Shown here: piece by piece, positions 1-12,544 of the stretch
Layout: the number at the start of each line of letters is the position of its first letter
Numbering within the stretch: the first letter of the stretch is position 1
Assembly (NCBI RefSeq): GCF_902713615.1
Contig: NC_052150.1
Span: forward strand, 172,628,100-172,692,099
Source: Scyliorhinus canicula
Lineage: Eukaryota
Reading direction: 5' to 3'
DNA length: 64,000 bases
Translations under genes and position numbers: made by a program
Notes under the pieces: model-generated
Seen by the model: the letters and a program-made list of their open reading frames with translations, nothing else
Databases searched by the model: none
What the model was told of the DNA's origin: nothing

Positions 1-811
1 GCATCACTAATTTTGTGTCAACAACAAATGTATTTCTTCTTCGCATCATTTTAAGATGATTATGGATGAGGAACGCTATTCAGCACATATTGGACAATCA
101 TACTAATTAGCAAGTAATTGCTAAAGAAGAAGAACGAAGCATTCATCCAGTGAGCTCTGAGTGTCCTGCCTTTTAGAATTCAATTAATTCCAAGATTTTG
201 CCTCCACTATTCTCTGTGCAAGTTTATCCCACACCTTAATTATTCTTCAGATATCTGTCCCAAAGCTACCCTCTATAAGTTTGAACCTGTGTCCCCAGTT
301 CTGTTGTCCCTATTGAGCTTAAATAATATTCAAGATTAGCTTTTTCTTTTTCTAAATCCTGAACAATTTTATATATCTCTTTGTGATCACCTCTGAGTTG
401 CCTCCTTTCAATTCTGAAAAGCCAAAATCTCTTGACGTCTTTACTCATAACTCAGACTCTTGGCACTGAGATAGAGTACAGGCTCTTCTCTGTATTGCCT
501 CCAACAATTCAATATCTCTTTGTGACCAGAACTGCTATAAAGTTTGAGCAATATTTTCTCTGATTTATATCCCATTGTTTTGGCTAGAAAGTTAATCATC
601 CTCATGACTTTCTGGATTGCTGCTCTGCATTGGTTGGACATATTGAGCATTAAATCTTCCAAGACATTCCTTTCAAACTGAATCCTTAGCTCTTTTAACA
701 ATCTTTGCAGAGTTCCTGTGAATCTATTTTTCCTCCCTATGTGTAAATCATTAAACTTATTGAACTCCCTCTGCCATTGTTCTACTGGCATACACGTTTT
801 GTCCAAATTGC

Positions 812-883
812 GGGCCAGTGGTGCAAATGATAACGCTCCTGACGACGGATCAGGGATTCCAGGTTCGACTTCTGGCGGGCTCA
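812..883 (+). pseudogene. Degenerate tRNA-Arg(ACG) copy
   Basis: gggccagtggtgcaaatgataacgctcctgacgacggatcagggattccaggttcgacttctggcgggctc aligns to vertebrate tRNA-Arg-ACG (GGGCCAGTGGCGCAATGGATAACGCGTCTGACTACGGATCAGAAGATTCCAGGTTCGACTCCTGGCTGGCTCG) with several substitutions. No CCA. A T-run follows at ~890-895. Confidence 0.85.
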
Positions 884-947
884 TGGTAATTTTTTCTACA
901 TTAGTTCACAAGCTCCATGTTCAATTCCGTGAAAAAATACATTTTCA

Positions 948-1153
948 GGGGCGGCACGGTGGCGCAGTGGTTAGCACTGCTGCCTCATGGTGCTGAGAGT
1001 TTGATCCCGGCCCCGGGTCACTGTCAGTGTGGAGTTTACACATTCTCCCTGTGTCTCCGTGGGTTTCACCCCCGTAACCCAAAGATGTACAGGTTAGGTG
1101 GATTGGCCATGCTAAATTGCCCCTAAATTGGAAAAAAATAATTGGGTACTCTA
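948..1153 (+). mobile_element. tRNA-derived shark SINE (HE1-like)
   Basis: ggggcggcacggtggcgcagtggttagcactgctgcctca head, with the same body and tail (aattgggtactcta) as many other copies in the window. Confidence 0.85.
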
Positions 1154-1757
1154 TTTTGTCCAAAGTATCTCATAATTTCCCGACTGATTCATCTGAATGC
1201 CCCTCCTAACTTGGCATTATGGATATCTTGATCCAGTTTCATCCTTGATGGACCTCAGACCAATCGCAAAGAGGTGAAAGACGCCTCCTCGCCATGGGAA
1301 TGCTGAGGGAGAAATGGACTTAAGCAGGGAGGGATGTTATGATGGCCATGAAGGACACCGGGATGGTCAATAGATCTCCCCTTGGGCTTCATAGAATATG
1401 AATTCCTCAATTAAGCGGGCAGTAGCTTGCCCAATAGGAAATGTATGGCGGAAGCTTAAAACCTGCTGTTCCAACCCAGACCAGCATCTCCGTGCGTTCT
1501 TGGGCTTGGATGCTTGTGTTATAAGCCCTGGAACCAGACTTCTCCATTACTGCAATAAAGGGGTTTGTTATTGGAAGACTGGCCTTGAGAAAGTTATTAC
1601 ATTCAGAAAATAAGAAAGTGCTGTAGATGCTGGAAGTATAAAATAAAAACATAAAATGCTGCATTCAATAGGTCATCAGCATTTATAGAGAAAGAAAGAC
1701 AGAGTTAACATTTCAGGTCGGTGACTTGTAGATGAAAGTTTATCAATCTGAAACATT

Positions 1758-2636
1758 GGGCAGGATGTAACTAAAATAGGAACAAAGTCCCATAGTGAGG
1801 GCATTTAGCCACAGGTTTCCTGGTTCTCGCAGCGCTCAGAAACGCAATGCTATAAAATGGCACCCGGGTTAGATACTGGGCCTCAGTGGGGAACACACAG
1901 CCAACGTCGCACACAACCCTATTTTGTGGACTTAGGAGCTCCGCTCGCCAGAACTCCTCAGTGCAGCAAGAGAGCCCTCCAATCTCTGGAGGTTCCGAGG
2001 CGACCCCCAACTCCATCGCACTATAGGACGTTCCCCAGCCCCCCACCCCTGCCTCGTGCCACATGCCCCCAACACCTATGCAGGGCACCCCCAGTCTGAT
2101 CACTACCACACAAAAAAATACCAGTTTGATACCTTGGCAGTGTCAACCTGGTATTGCCCCTGCCAGCTAGCAGTGCCAACCTAGCACCCATGTGGCATTG
2201 CCAGGGTGCCAGTCAGGCAGTGCCAGGGCAGAACCAGCAATGTCATGGTACCACCCTGCACAAAGGGCATGCGCCTGAGACCCTTCAATCCGCTGGGAGA
2301 CCCTCAGAAGTGCTGTTCCATCTGGTCCCCATTTGTGGAAACCCGTACTGAACAGCACTTGCTCAAGGTGTCCATGGCAAAGGGTATAGATCCCAATGCC
2401 TCGTATAACTCAGGAATCTGCATATTAAAGTGAGACTAGCTGTCTTGCTTTAATATGCAGATTTGCCGAAAGGTGATCCCGTTCCACAATGGGTGTGATT
2501 TACATCGCAACATCTCGCATTAGATGTCATGAGGCAATGCGAGCCGGGTAGATCCTGGGAGCAGGGTCTCCTGGCTTCTATCAGCCACTCTGCACCACGC
2601 TGCCTTTCAGGCCCAGTGTGGCCATTTGATTGCTCC
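1758..2636. mobile_element. Probable non-autonomous DNA transposon/MITE inserted in an older palindromic repeat
   Basis: GC-richer block separating two mutually inverted halves (1625-1757 and ~2640-2705, aaaatgctg.../cagcattttc). Boundaries are approximate. Confidence 0.4.
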
Positions 2637-2949
2637 CATTAACTTTGTTTCTCTCCAAGGATGCTGCCTGGCCTGATGAGTATTTCCAGCATTTTCTGAT
2701 TTTAGTGCAACTATTTAATAAGATTAACATTGAGGTTTTAGATAAACCCATTGTGGTAAACACTTGGAGTAGTTAACAGACTGAATGACAGGAAACATGA
2801 GGTACTCATTGGAGAAGTTATGCCAGAATAGTACCATTATGCCATAACACCTTATGGCTTGGTGTTGGTGCACTGCTATTTCTAATTTACATAAATCATT
2901 CTGAATTTCTGGATTCAGAAACTCATTGCAGAGTAGTCAAATGAAACAA

Positions 2950-3852
2950 ATTGAAGACTTAGCTTCTGGAGGAAGTGCTGAAGTGTTACTGACACGGATT
3001 CCTCCTCAGTGTCTGCTAGAGTCAGAACACTAGCTTCCTCTACTTCCATCTCAGAACTTGAGTCCTCATTATTGAGGAATATGGACATTGGGTTCTCTGC
3101 AGTCTGTTTCCCTATACTAGCGGTGGCACCTCTGTTACGGGTTGTATGGGGACAGACTCCCTACTCTCACTTTGTCGGACACTGGTTCCATTTTCTCCAA
3201 TTTGACTCCAGGGACACAGCTGGAGCCATCTCCGAAGTTCCTCACATAGACCACACGACTTATCTTGAATATTCTTTAGGATCTAGCAGAATCTTTTTTT
3301 AAAAATATTTTTAGTCTCCTCATTTTCCACTTTTTCATCAAATTTACACCCAACAAAAGGTAACCAACAATAACAAATACAATAGCAATCCCCCAATCAG
3401 TATCTCCTTCAACATACAAACACAAACCTCCCCCCTACAACCCAAATACAAACCAAGAAAGACGAAAAGAGAATCCATGATTGTCCCATACATGGTAAAC
3501 AATAAACAAGGATCTAGCAGAATCATAATTTCTTTTCTGGTTCTCTTGTTGGGACTCCACCCTCACCACGGAAGAGGAGGCTTAGCCTCATACGATGCCA
3601 CCGTCCCATTAACAGTTCCACTCATGCGATTTCTGTTGTTGTTTTGAGGAGTGGTCCTATAATCAAATAAAAACCCAGCCAATTTGGTCTTTATGGATGC
3701 TGCCAGTTGTTTTCTCATGCTGATTTTAAAGGTCTACACCGCCCGTTCTGCCGGACCATTTGACAATGGCTGATAAGGTGCTGTTCTGATTTGTCTGATG
3801 CCATTGAATTGCATGCAGCTTTGGAACTTCCCACTGGTAAAAGCGCCTTCCC
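2950..3852 (-). mobile_element. Old Ty3/Gypsy integrase remnant
   Basis: Minus-strand translation of ~3640-3850 gives NGIRQIRTAPYQPLSNGPAERAV*TFK...LAGFLFDYRTTP, the integrase core C-terminal motif. Confidence 0.6.
3294..3508 (-). mobile_element. Short 5'-truncated LINE 3' end with 16-bp TSD
   Basis: aggatctagcagaatc is duplicated at 3278-3293 and 3509-3524. A T-run at the left end is the A-tail on the minus strand. Confidence 0.75.
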
Positions 3853-5288
3853 TTACTGCATCTGCCCGATCCCCTTAATTAGCTCCTCCAGCTCAATCGG
3901 CGCCCCCAACCCCTCCACCTTCTCCTCCTGCACCTTCGGGAAAGATAGCCCGTCAAGAAACCTCTCCATTCCCCTCCTCTCCACCGTTGGCTCCGACCGG
4001 TACAGTTCCCCGTAAAAGTCCTTGAAGACCTCATTCACCTCTACCCCCTTCCGCACCACATTCCCACTCTTGTCTCTCACTCCAGCAATTTCCTTAGCCG
4101 TATCCCGTTTGCGGAGCTGATGAGCCAGCATCCTACTCGCCTTTTCACCATGTTCATAAACTGCCCCTTGTGCCTTCCTCCATTGTGCCTCTGCCTTTCT
4201 AGTGGTCAGCAAATCAAATTTAGCCTGTAGGCTGCGCCTCTCCCCCAACAGTCCCTCCTCTGCTGCCTCCGCGTACCTCCTATCTACCTCCAGCATCTTC
4301 CCCACCAGTCTATCCCTCTCACTCCTCTCGCTCCTCTCCCTGTGTGCCCGGATGGATATCAGCTCCCCACGAAGCACTGCCTTCAGGGCTTCCCAGATCA
4401 TCCCCACCTGGACCTCCCCCGTATCATTCACCTCGAGGTACCCCTCAATACTTGCCCGGACCCTCCTACACACCTCCTCCTCCGCCAACAACCCCACATC
4501 CAACCGCCACAATGGGTGCTGGTCCCGCACCTCCCCCATCTCCAACTCCATCCAATGCGGAGCGTGGTTGGAGATTGCAATGGCCGAATATTCGGCCTCC
4601 TCCACTCTCGGAATCAGTCCCCTACTCACCACAAAGAAGTCTATCCAAGAATAAACCCTATGTACGTGGGAGAAGAAAGAGTACTCGCGTGCCCTCGGCC
4701 TCACAAACCTCCATGGATCCACCCCACCCATCTGGTCCATAAACCCTCTCAGTACCTTGGCCGCCGCCGGCCTCCTACCCGTCCTAGAGCTGGACCGATC
4801 TAGTGAAGGATCCAACACCGTATTGAAGCCCCCCCCATAATCAGACCTCCCGCCTCTAGATCCGGGACACGTCCCAGCATACGCCTCATAAAGCCCGCAT
4901 CGTCCCAATTTGGGGCATACACACTAGCCAGTACCACCTTCTCTCCTTGTAGCCTGCCCCTAACCATAACGTACCTACCCCCCTTATCCGCCACCACCTC
5001 CGACGCCTCAAACAACACATTTTTCCCCACCAGAATCGCCACTCCCCGGTTCTTCACATCCAACCCAGAGTGGAAAACCTGCCCCACCCACCCCTTCCTC
5101 AGACGGACCTGGTCCACCACCTTCAGGTGGGTCTCCTGAAGCATTGCCACATCTGCCTTTAGCCCCTCAGATGAGCAAGTACCCTCGACCGCTTCACCGG
5201 CCCATTCAATCCTCTTGCATTCCAGGTGACCAACCGGATCAGAGGGCGTCCCGCCCCCCCCCCCCCCCCCTCCCCGTCGACTAGCCAT
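3853..5288 (-). pseudogene. L1 ORF2p N-terminal part (APE endonuclease + linker), frameshifted
   Basis: ORFs 5159..5353, 4800..5342 and 3853..4908 give consecutive EN motifs. Frameshifts near 5160 and in a G run near 4835. Confidence 0.85.
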
Positions 5289-5955
5289 AGTCCGTCGACT
5301 GCCCGCACCAGGCCAGCACCCCCCGCCCGACCCAGTCCCCACAGCGACAACACCTCACCTCTGTCCGCCCGGCCAACACCAGCTCCTTCCTGACCCTGCC
5401 AGCAGCAACCCGGTATTCCCCTTTCCCCCCCCTCCCTCCCCCCCAGGCTAGGAACCCTCCTAGCCGCGAACCATCCTCCATTGTACTTCCGTGGGTCAGC
5501 TAACTTCTGCTGACCCCGGAAACTCCCGCCAATAACCCGACCCCTCCCAAAGTGGGATCATCCTCCAATCTATCCCTCCTCCAGGCACTGCTCCAGCGCG
5601 GGGAAGAACCAGTTAAGGCCCCCCCCCCCCACCCCCCGTCATCGTCTCCAACCCCCAGCACCGTAACGCGGGAAACCAGAGGAAAGCCCGCGCTTTCGCC
5701 CTGCCCCATCACACCCTTCTGACGCAGCTCCCAAATACCAGCCCCACTCCATACCCCCAACCCGATATAGAATACAACAAACCCCCCCCAACCCTCCCCG
5801 CCAGATACAAAACTCAAACAATGCCCCACAGCAAAAAACAGAACAACAACCCAATAAATAACCATATCAAAATTACAAAAATACAGAAAAAGAGAACACA
5901 GCAACAGCAGAAACCAACAATAAAGCATTACAACCAACCCCACAACCCCCAACCC

Positions 5956-6718
5956 CTAGTTCGAGTCCAGTTTCTCCATCCGCACGAAGGCCCATGCCTC
6001 CTCCGGGGAATCAAAATAATAATGCCGGTCCAAATAAGTTACCCACAGGCGCGCAGGCTGCAACATGCCAAACTTTATCTTCTTCTTGTAGAGCACCTCT
6101 TTCGTCCGATTAAACCCGGACCGCCGCTTAGCCACCTCCACACTCCAATCCTGGTAGATCCGTACTACCCCATTCTCCCAATTGCTGCTCTTCACCTTCT
6201 TGGCCCAGCGCAGCACACACTCCCGATCACTGAACCGGTGGAACCTCACCAGCACCGCACGCGGGGGTTCGTTCTCCTTAGGCCTCCTGGCCAGTACCCT
6301 GTGGGCTCCCTCCAGTTCCAGGGGCAGATGGAAAGATCCTGCCCCCACTAGCGAGTTCAGCATCGTGGCCACGTAGGTTGTCAGATCCGACCCCTCCAGC
6401 AAGGCCCAAGATCCTCAGATTTTTCCGCCTTATGCGGTGATCAAGCTCCTCGAAGCGGTCTTGCCACTTCTTGTGGAGTGCCTTGTGTCCCTCCACCTTA
6501 CTCACGAGGACCACGGCCTCCTCCTCTCGTTCAGTGGCCTGCGCCTGCAACGCCTGGATGGCAGCACCCTGGGTTGTTTGAATCTCCGAGAGCTTTTTAT
6601 TCGTTTCCTGCATAGAGCTCAGCACCTCAGCCTTGAAAACTGCAAAACAGCGCAGGAGAGCAGCTTGCTGCTCCTGGGCCCACTGCTTCCACTCCTCTGG
6701 TGCTCTGCCGGCCGCCAT
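5956..6718 (-). pseudogene. L1 ORF1p, one frameshift near 6400
   Basis: ORFs 6278..6718 and 5956..6402 join at RRKNLRILGL / EGSDL. Confidence 0.85.
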
Positions 6719-7346
6719 CTTGGAATCCTTCCCCCGTTTTTTCTGGGGAGCTGCTGCCGTTTTTTCCCCCTTTCTACTCCGAGTTCGAGTCGTGAAATGC
6801 GGAGAAAGTCGATCAGCACACCTTCTCCCACCGGGAGACGTCGAAAAAATTCCGTTTTGGGCTCTAAAAAGAGCCGAAAAGTCCGTTTGAAAACAATTTG
6901 TTAGTTAACCGTTGAAATGTGGCTGGGATGTTTTTTCATGCCAAATGGCATAACTTTGAATTGGTATATACCATCTGGAGTCACAAAAGCTGAAATCTCC
7001 TTTCCCCTTTCGGATAAAGGTTACATGCCAGTAAACTTTAAGTAAATCCAGTTTGGAAATAAAAGCTGATTGTCCCACTTTCTCAATGCAGTCCTCTAAA
7101 CGTTGGATGAGATGAAAGTCCGTTCTTGTAACTGCATTAACCTTTCTATAGTCCACACACAACCGTTGGGTACCATCTGGTTTAGGTACCATCACCATGG
7201 AGGAGCTCCATTGGCTGCAACGCACTTCAATTATGCCATTTTTAAGCATACTCTCAATCTCTTTGTTAACCTGTGCCAATTTTAAAGGGTTAAGTCTGTA
7301 TGGATGTTGTTTGATCGGAACAGCATTTCCCACATCTACATCATGT

Positions 7347-7538
7347 CACTGGGGCTGTTTAGCACAGGGCTAATTGCTGGCTTTGAAAGCAGACCAAGCA
7401 GGCCAGCAGCACGGTTCGATCCCCATAACAGCCTCCCCGGACAGGCGCCAGAATGTGGCGACTAGGGGCTTCTCACAGTAACTTCATTTGAAGCCTACTC
7501 GTGACAATAAGTGATTTTCATTTCATTCTCATTTCATT
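7347..7538 (+). mobile_element. SINE with (tttca)n tail inserted in Gmr1 pol
   Basis: tRNA-like head (gtttagcacag...ggttcgatcccc). TSD tcatgt at 7341-7346 and 7539-7544. Confidence 0.75.
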
Positions 7539-8131
7539 TCATGTATAGCCATTTTAGTACTTCCCAATTTGTCTCGACAAACTTGTCCATGTGATATCAA
7601 TAACTTTCAGGTCAGTTAATTTTTCCTCTGCAAGGTAACTCAACAATTTATCCCAATTTTTAAGAACATCCTCATTTTCCAATTTAATTTGAGGTATGTC
7701 AAATTCACAGTCATCTGGATTTGGTTTGTCACTTTGAGTTAGAATCATTAAAACCTCCTCCTTTTTATCTCCTTCCCTTTCAAAGTACCATTTAAGGATA
7801 TTCACATGACACACTTGGTGAGTTTTCCTTCTATCTGGTGTTTCTACCACATAATTCACCTCACTGAATTTCCTTTCAATCTGATAAGGTCCACAAAACA
7901 TAGCTTTTAAAGGTCACCTGCCACTGGTAACAATACTCAAACTTCATCTCCACTGGCAAAACTACGAACTTTGGATTTCTTGTCCGCTACCCATTTCATC
8001 ACATGTTGTGCAACTTTTAAATGTGGTCTAGCCAATTCACCTGCTCTATTTAATAGTTCCCTGAAATTGACACGTAATCCAAAAATGTAATTTCTGATTT
8101 CTCACTCACCAATTTTTCCTTAATCAATTTA

Positions 8132-9408
8132 TTTATTTATTTTTAAAATGTGTTTATTCAAAGTTTTTCAAAACGTTTTACAGAACACTCCAAAAAGGAA
8201 AGTAATACAAAGCGAAAAGGGCAACATGCCAACCGAACAGAACAACTTAACCCTCTAAACGATAAACAGTTTAACAAATTAACACCCAACTCAAAACAAA
8301 ATAGGGCAACCCACCCGGGTTGCTGCTGCTGTTGACATCCACCTAACGTTCCGCGGGAAAGTCAAGGAACGGTTGCCACCGCCCGGAGAACCTTTGCAAG
8401 GACCCTCGCAAGGCAAACTTTATCTTCTCCAACCTAAGAAACCCCGCCCTGTCATTGATCCAAGCCTCCACATTTGGGGGCTTCGCGTCCCTCCACAATA
8501 GCAAGAGCCTTCTCCGGGCTACCAAGGAGGCAAAGGCCAGAACTCCGGCCTCTTTCGACTCCTGCACTCCCGGATCCTCCGATACCCCAAATAACGCTAT
8601 CCCCCAACTCGGTTTTACCCGAGTGTCCAGGACCTTGGACATGACCTTTGCAAAGCCCTTCCAGAACTCCGCAAGCGTCGGGCACGCCCAGAACATATGG
8701 CCATGGTTTGCTGGGCTCCCCGAACACCTCACATATCTGTCCTCCACCCCAAAAAACGTACTCATCCTCTCCCCTGTCATATGCGCCCTGTGCACCACTT
8801 TAAACTGGATCAGGCTGAGCCTGGTGCAAGATGAGGAGGAATTGACCCTGCCCAGGGCATCAGCCCACAGGCTCTCATCTAGCTCCTCACCCAGCTCCTC
8901 CTCCCATTTGCCCTTCAACTCCTCCACCGAGGCTTCCTCTGCCTCCTGCAGCTCCTGGTATATCTCCGAGATCTTACCCTCTCCGAGTCCTCCTCCATCT
9001 GGTCCACCAGCCGCGCCAGATTGAGTTTATGCAAGACCCCCCCAACTCTTGGCCACCTGAATACCCAAATACCGAAAACTCCTCTCCATCATCTTGAGCA
9101 GCAGCTCCTCCAACCTCTTTTCCTTGCCCCGCACATGCACCACAAAGAGCTTGTTCTTCCCAACATTAGGCTTATACCCCGAGAAGTCTTCAAACTCCCT
9201 GAGGGTCTGCATAACCTCCCCCATCCCCTCCATCGGGTCCGTAATATATAAAAGCAAATCATCCATAAATAATGAGACGTGGTGCTCCTTCCCCCCCCCC
9301 CCCCCCCCCCGAACCAAACCCCTCAAGCTTCTAGATTCCCTCAGCGCTATGGCCAATGGCTCAATCGCCAAAGCAAACAGCAGGGGAGACAGAGGGCACC
9401 CTGCCTCG
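8132..9408 (-). mobile_element. 5'-truncated L1/Tx1 LINE (RT C-terminus, 3'UTR) inserted in the Gmr1 integrase
   Basis: GCPLSPLLFALAIEPL, FMDDLLL, RYLGI and C-terminal Cys/His region. TSD tccttaatcaattta at 8117-8131 and 9412-9426. Confidence 0.9.
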
Positions 9409-10989
9409 TTCTCCTTAATCAATTTAAGTGGTTCTCTTACCTCATGACCAAAAATTAGGTCAAAAGGACTGAATTTGGTTGAGTCATCAGGTGGATCCCT
9501 AATTGCAAACAGTACGAATGGAATTCCTTTATCCCAATCCTCTGGATAATCCTGACAATAAGCCCTCAACATTGTCTTTAATGTCTGATGCCACCTTTCT
9601 AACGCTCCCTGCAATTCTGGATGGTACGCAGTTGATTTAAATTGTTTTATTCCTAAGCTATCCATCACTTCTTTGAATAACCTCAAGGTAAAATTTGATC
9701 CTTGGTCCAATTGTATTTCTGTGGGTAGTCCATATCGAGTAAAGAATTTAAGTAACTCCTCCACAATCTTTTTAGCTGTAATATTACGTACTGGAATGGC
9801 CTCTGGAAACCTAGTAGACACATCCATTATAGTCAAAAGATATTGATCCCCACTTTTTGTTTTAGGAAGCAGTCCTACGCAATCAATTAGGACTCTTGTA
9901 AAAGGTTCCTCAAATGCTGGAATGGGGATTAAAGGCGCTGGTTTTATCACTGCTTGAGTTTTCCTATCACTTGACATGTGACATGATTGACAAAATTTAA
10001 CTACATCTTTATGTAGTCCAAGCCAATAAAACTGTTTCTGGATTTCAGCTTGAGTTTTCCTTATTCCCAAATGACCTCCCACTGGTATCTCATGTGCAAC
10101 TCGCAACATCTCCTTTCTATACCCTGTCGGCAATACTACTTGATGAACTTCTGCCCTCTTTTCATCCGCCTGCATATGTAAAGGTCTCCATTTTCTCATC
10201 AAGACATCACTTCTACGATAATAACACTCTGGTATACACTCAGATTCCTCTTCCGTGTATGCTTTCTGATACATCCCTTTTATTTCTACATCTTTTTGTT
10301 GTAACTCCGCCAATTTTCCTGAACTAAAAATATCCGCCTCATCCTCCACCTGTTCTTGTTCTTTTTCAACCATCTGATCAAAAGAAAATTCTGATAATTG
10401 CACTTCAACGTCATCTTCACTCTTTGATTTCTCCTCTTGTCTTAACCAGTGATTTTGTGACCTTTTTACTACACTATCCGATAAAACCCCAGGATATTCG
10501 TCCTTCAACATTTCAGTTGTCTGATTTTCTACTGGCTTATCATCCACAGTAGGCATCACTCCCACCTGCAATCCAGCTATATCATTACCCAAGATAAACT
10601 GTATTCCTGGACGAGATAGTTTCTCTATTACTCCTATTACCACTTCACCACTCTTCACTGGACTTTCCAAACTTACCTCTCACCCTGAATTCCACATATT
10701 AACACCTTTCCTGGCAACATTCTTCCCAAACTACATAACGCCTCATCTCTTACCATTAAAGATTGACTAGCTCCCGTATCTCTTAAAATTGTGACTTCTT
10801 TACCTGCTCCACCTGATACACATGAGTAAACTTTACCCACACAAGTAAATTTTTAAAAGACAGCTGGCATCTTCTTACCAATCACCTCTTGATCAGGCTG
10901 TACAATCATTTGCACCTCCTTCGCTTCACTTTGGCTTTCTTTCCTTTACCACTTTAACAAACCCTACTGTCTTATCCTGTTTTACCACA

Positions 10990-11152
10990 ATGTGGAGATG
11001 CCACCGTTGGACTGGGGTGAGCACAGTAAGAAGTCTTACCACACCAGGTTAAAGTCCAACAGGTTTGTTTCAAACACAAGCTTTCGGTGCTCCGAAAGCT
11101 CGCGGTGGAAACAAACCTGTTGGACTTTAACCTGGTGTTGTAAGACTTCTTA
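10990..11152. mobile_element. Penelope-type fold-back fragment with central deletion
   Basis: Same sequence as 38891-39102. Inverted arms ~11024-11155. 13-bp TSD ctgtttta(c/g)caca at 10977-10989 and 11153-11165. Confidence 0.7.
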
Positions 11153-12428
11153 CTGTTTTAGCACATCAGCCTTCCCAGTGCTTTTCTTCAACCACCAACA
11201 CTGTAACTTTACATGGCCTAGTTTATGACAGTGAAAACATTTGAAACTTTTCATTTCTTTTCCACCCTCCTGGATTTCTTTTTTAATCTGAGGTACACTC
11301 TCATTATCTCCCATCAGATCACCTTTGCCTCTATCACTGGAGTATTTCTCATGTCCCCAGTTTCTATCCCTCACAGGCTGAAACTGATGTCGGAAACCAA
11401 GCTTTGATTTATGAACTAATTCATAATCATCTGCCATTTCTGCTGCTAATCTCACAGTTTTAACCCTCTGCTCTTCCACATGAGTTATCACTACATCAGG
11501 AATTGAACTTTTAAACTCCAAAAGTATAATTTCTCTGAGAGCTTCATACGTTTTGTCTATTTTCAAAGCCCTTATCTGCCTATCAATATTACTTTCAAAC
11601 TCCATGTATGTTTGACCAAATTCTTTCCTTAAATTTCTAAACCTTTGTCTGTAGGCTTCAGGCACTGTTCATATGCACCTAAGATGGAATTTTTCACCTC
11701 CTCATACGACTCAGTAACTCCTCCGGTAGTGATGCAAACACTTCACCAGCCCTACCTATCAACTTTGTTTGAATCAGTAATACCCACATGTCCTGTGGCC
11801 ATTTCATTTGTTGAGCCACCTTCTCAAATGAAATGAAAAAGGCTTCTACCTCTTTCTCGTCAAACCTTGGCAATGCTTGGACACATTTAAATAGATTCCC
11901 ACCAAGCCTTCGACTTGGACGCTCTTTCTTACTATCCTCAACACTATCATCCAATTGAACGTTTCCCTTTACGTCTGCCAATTTTAATTGGCTGTCATGT
12001 TCCGTGGCCATTTTCTGAAGTTCAAACTCTCTCTCTTTATCTTTTTCCCTGATCTGTATCTCCCTTTCTCTTGCTTTTTGTTCTGCTCGGGCTATTCTGT
12101 CTGTTTTCCTTTCTTGTCTCTCTTTTTCCTCTCTCTCTCTTTCATATTCAAGCTGCTTTAATTCTTTCTCATGTTCCATTTGTTTAATTTGTAACTGAAT
12201 TTTTGCCATTTCCAATGAGTCAAACTGTATCTCTGGCAACTTTAAATGCTTAGTCACTGCCATAATTACCTCATCTTTTCGCATTTTGTCAGGTAATGTT
12301 AACTGCAATATTTTTGCCAAATCTAACAGTCTGCTTTTAGTCTCTGTCTGTAAGGTACTGTGTGTGACCATCTCCACCCCCAAAAACTTCAAAGCCTCTG
12401 AAAGAGCCATTGACCACAACACACTCAC
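11150..12428 (-). pseudogene. Gmr1-like gag (frameshifted)
   Basis: ORFs 11694..12428 (charged coiled coil, LPRFDEKEVEAFFISFEK) and 11150..11665 (SCAN-like segment + CCHC). Confidence 0.85.
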
Positions 12429-12523
12429 TACTTAAACTAAAATACCACACCTGAAAGGCAACCACAATATGCTCACCCCTACTGTCTTTAAGTTCTTAAA
12501 GACAATCCAATAGATAGACTTTT

Positions 12524-12541
12524 ATCCCCCTCGAGCCCCCA
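12524..12541 (-). promoter_or_regulatory. Primer-binding site, tRNA-Pro
   Basis: Minus strand TGGGGGCTCGAGGGGGAT lies 3 nt inside the LTR end and matches the tRNA-Pro PBS TGGGGGCTCGTCCGGGAT at 15/18. Confidence 0.8.
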
Positions 12542-12544
12542 ATT

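Larger units (their letters stand above)
200..1270 (-). mobile_element. Degraded CR1-type LINE ORF2 3' fragment, interrupted at 808-1153
   Basis: Minus-strand ORFs 266..448 and 441..884 carry CR1 RT C-terminal motifs (WQREFN, LF.IERRQLRGD.KEIYKI). The reading continues across the 808-1153 insert. Confidence 0.7.
3853..6890 (-). mobile_element. L1/Tx1-clade LINE, 5' half (5'UTR, ORF1, spacer, EN part of ORF2); 3' half lost
   Basis: ORF1 (coiled coil + RRM/CTD, HRVL..RP...PRAVLVRF) and ORF2 endonuclease (VTWNARGL, QETHL, YAPN, GG.FN, IDFF). Breaks abruptly into the Gypsy remnant at 3853. Confidence 0.9.

Noticed and set aside
812-883. Functional tRNA-Arg gene
   Set aside because: Substitutions in the D arm, anticodon arm and acceptor stem, and it lies inside a TSD-bounded insert in a LINE.
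3853-9408. The two minus-strand L1 pieces as one split element
   Set aside because: The 3' piece lies upstream of the 5' piece in reading direction and has its own 15-bp TSD.
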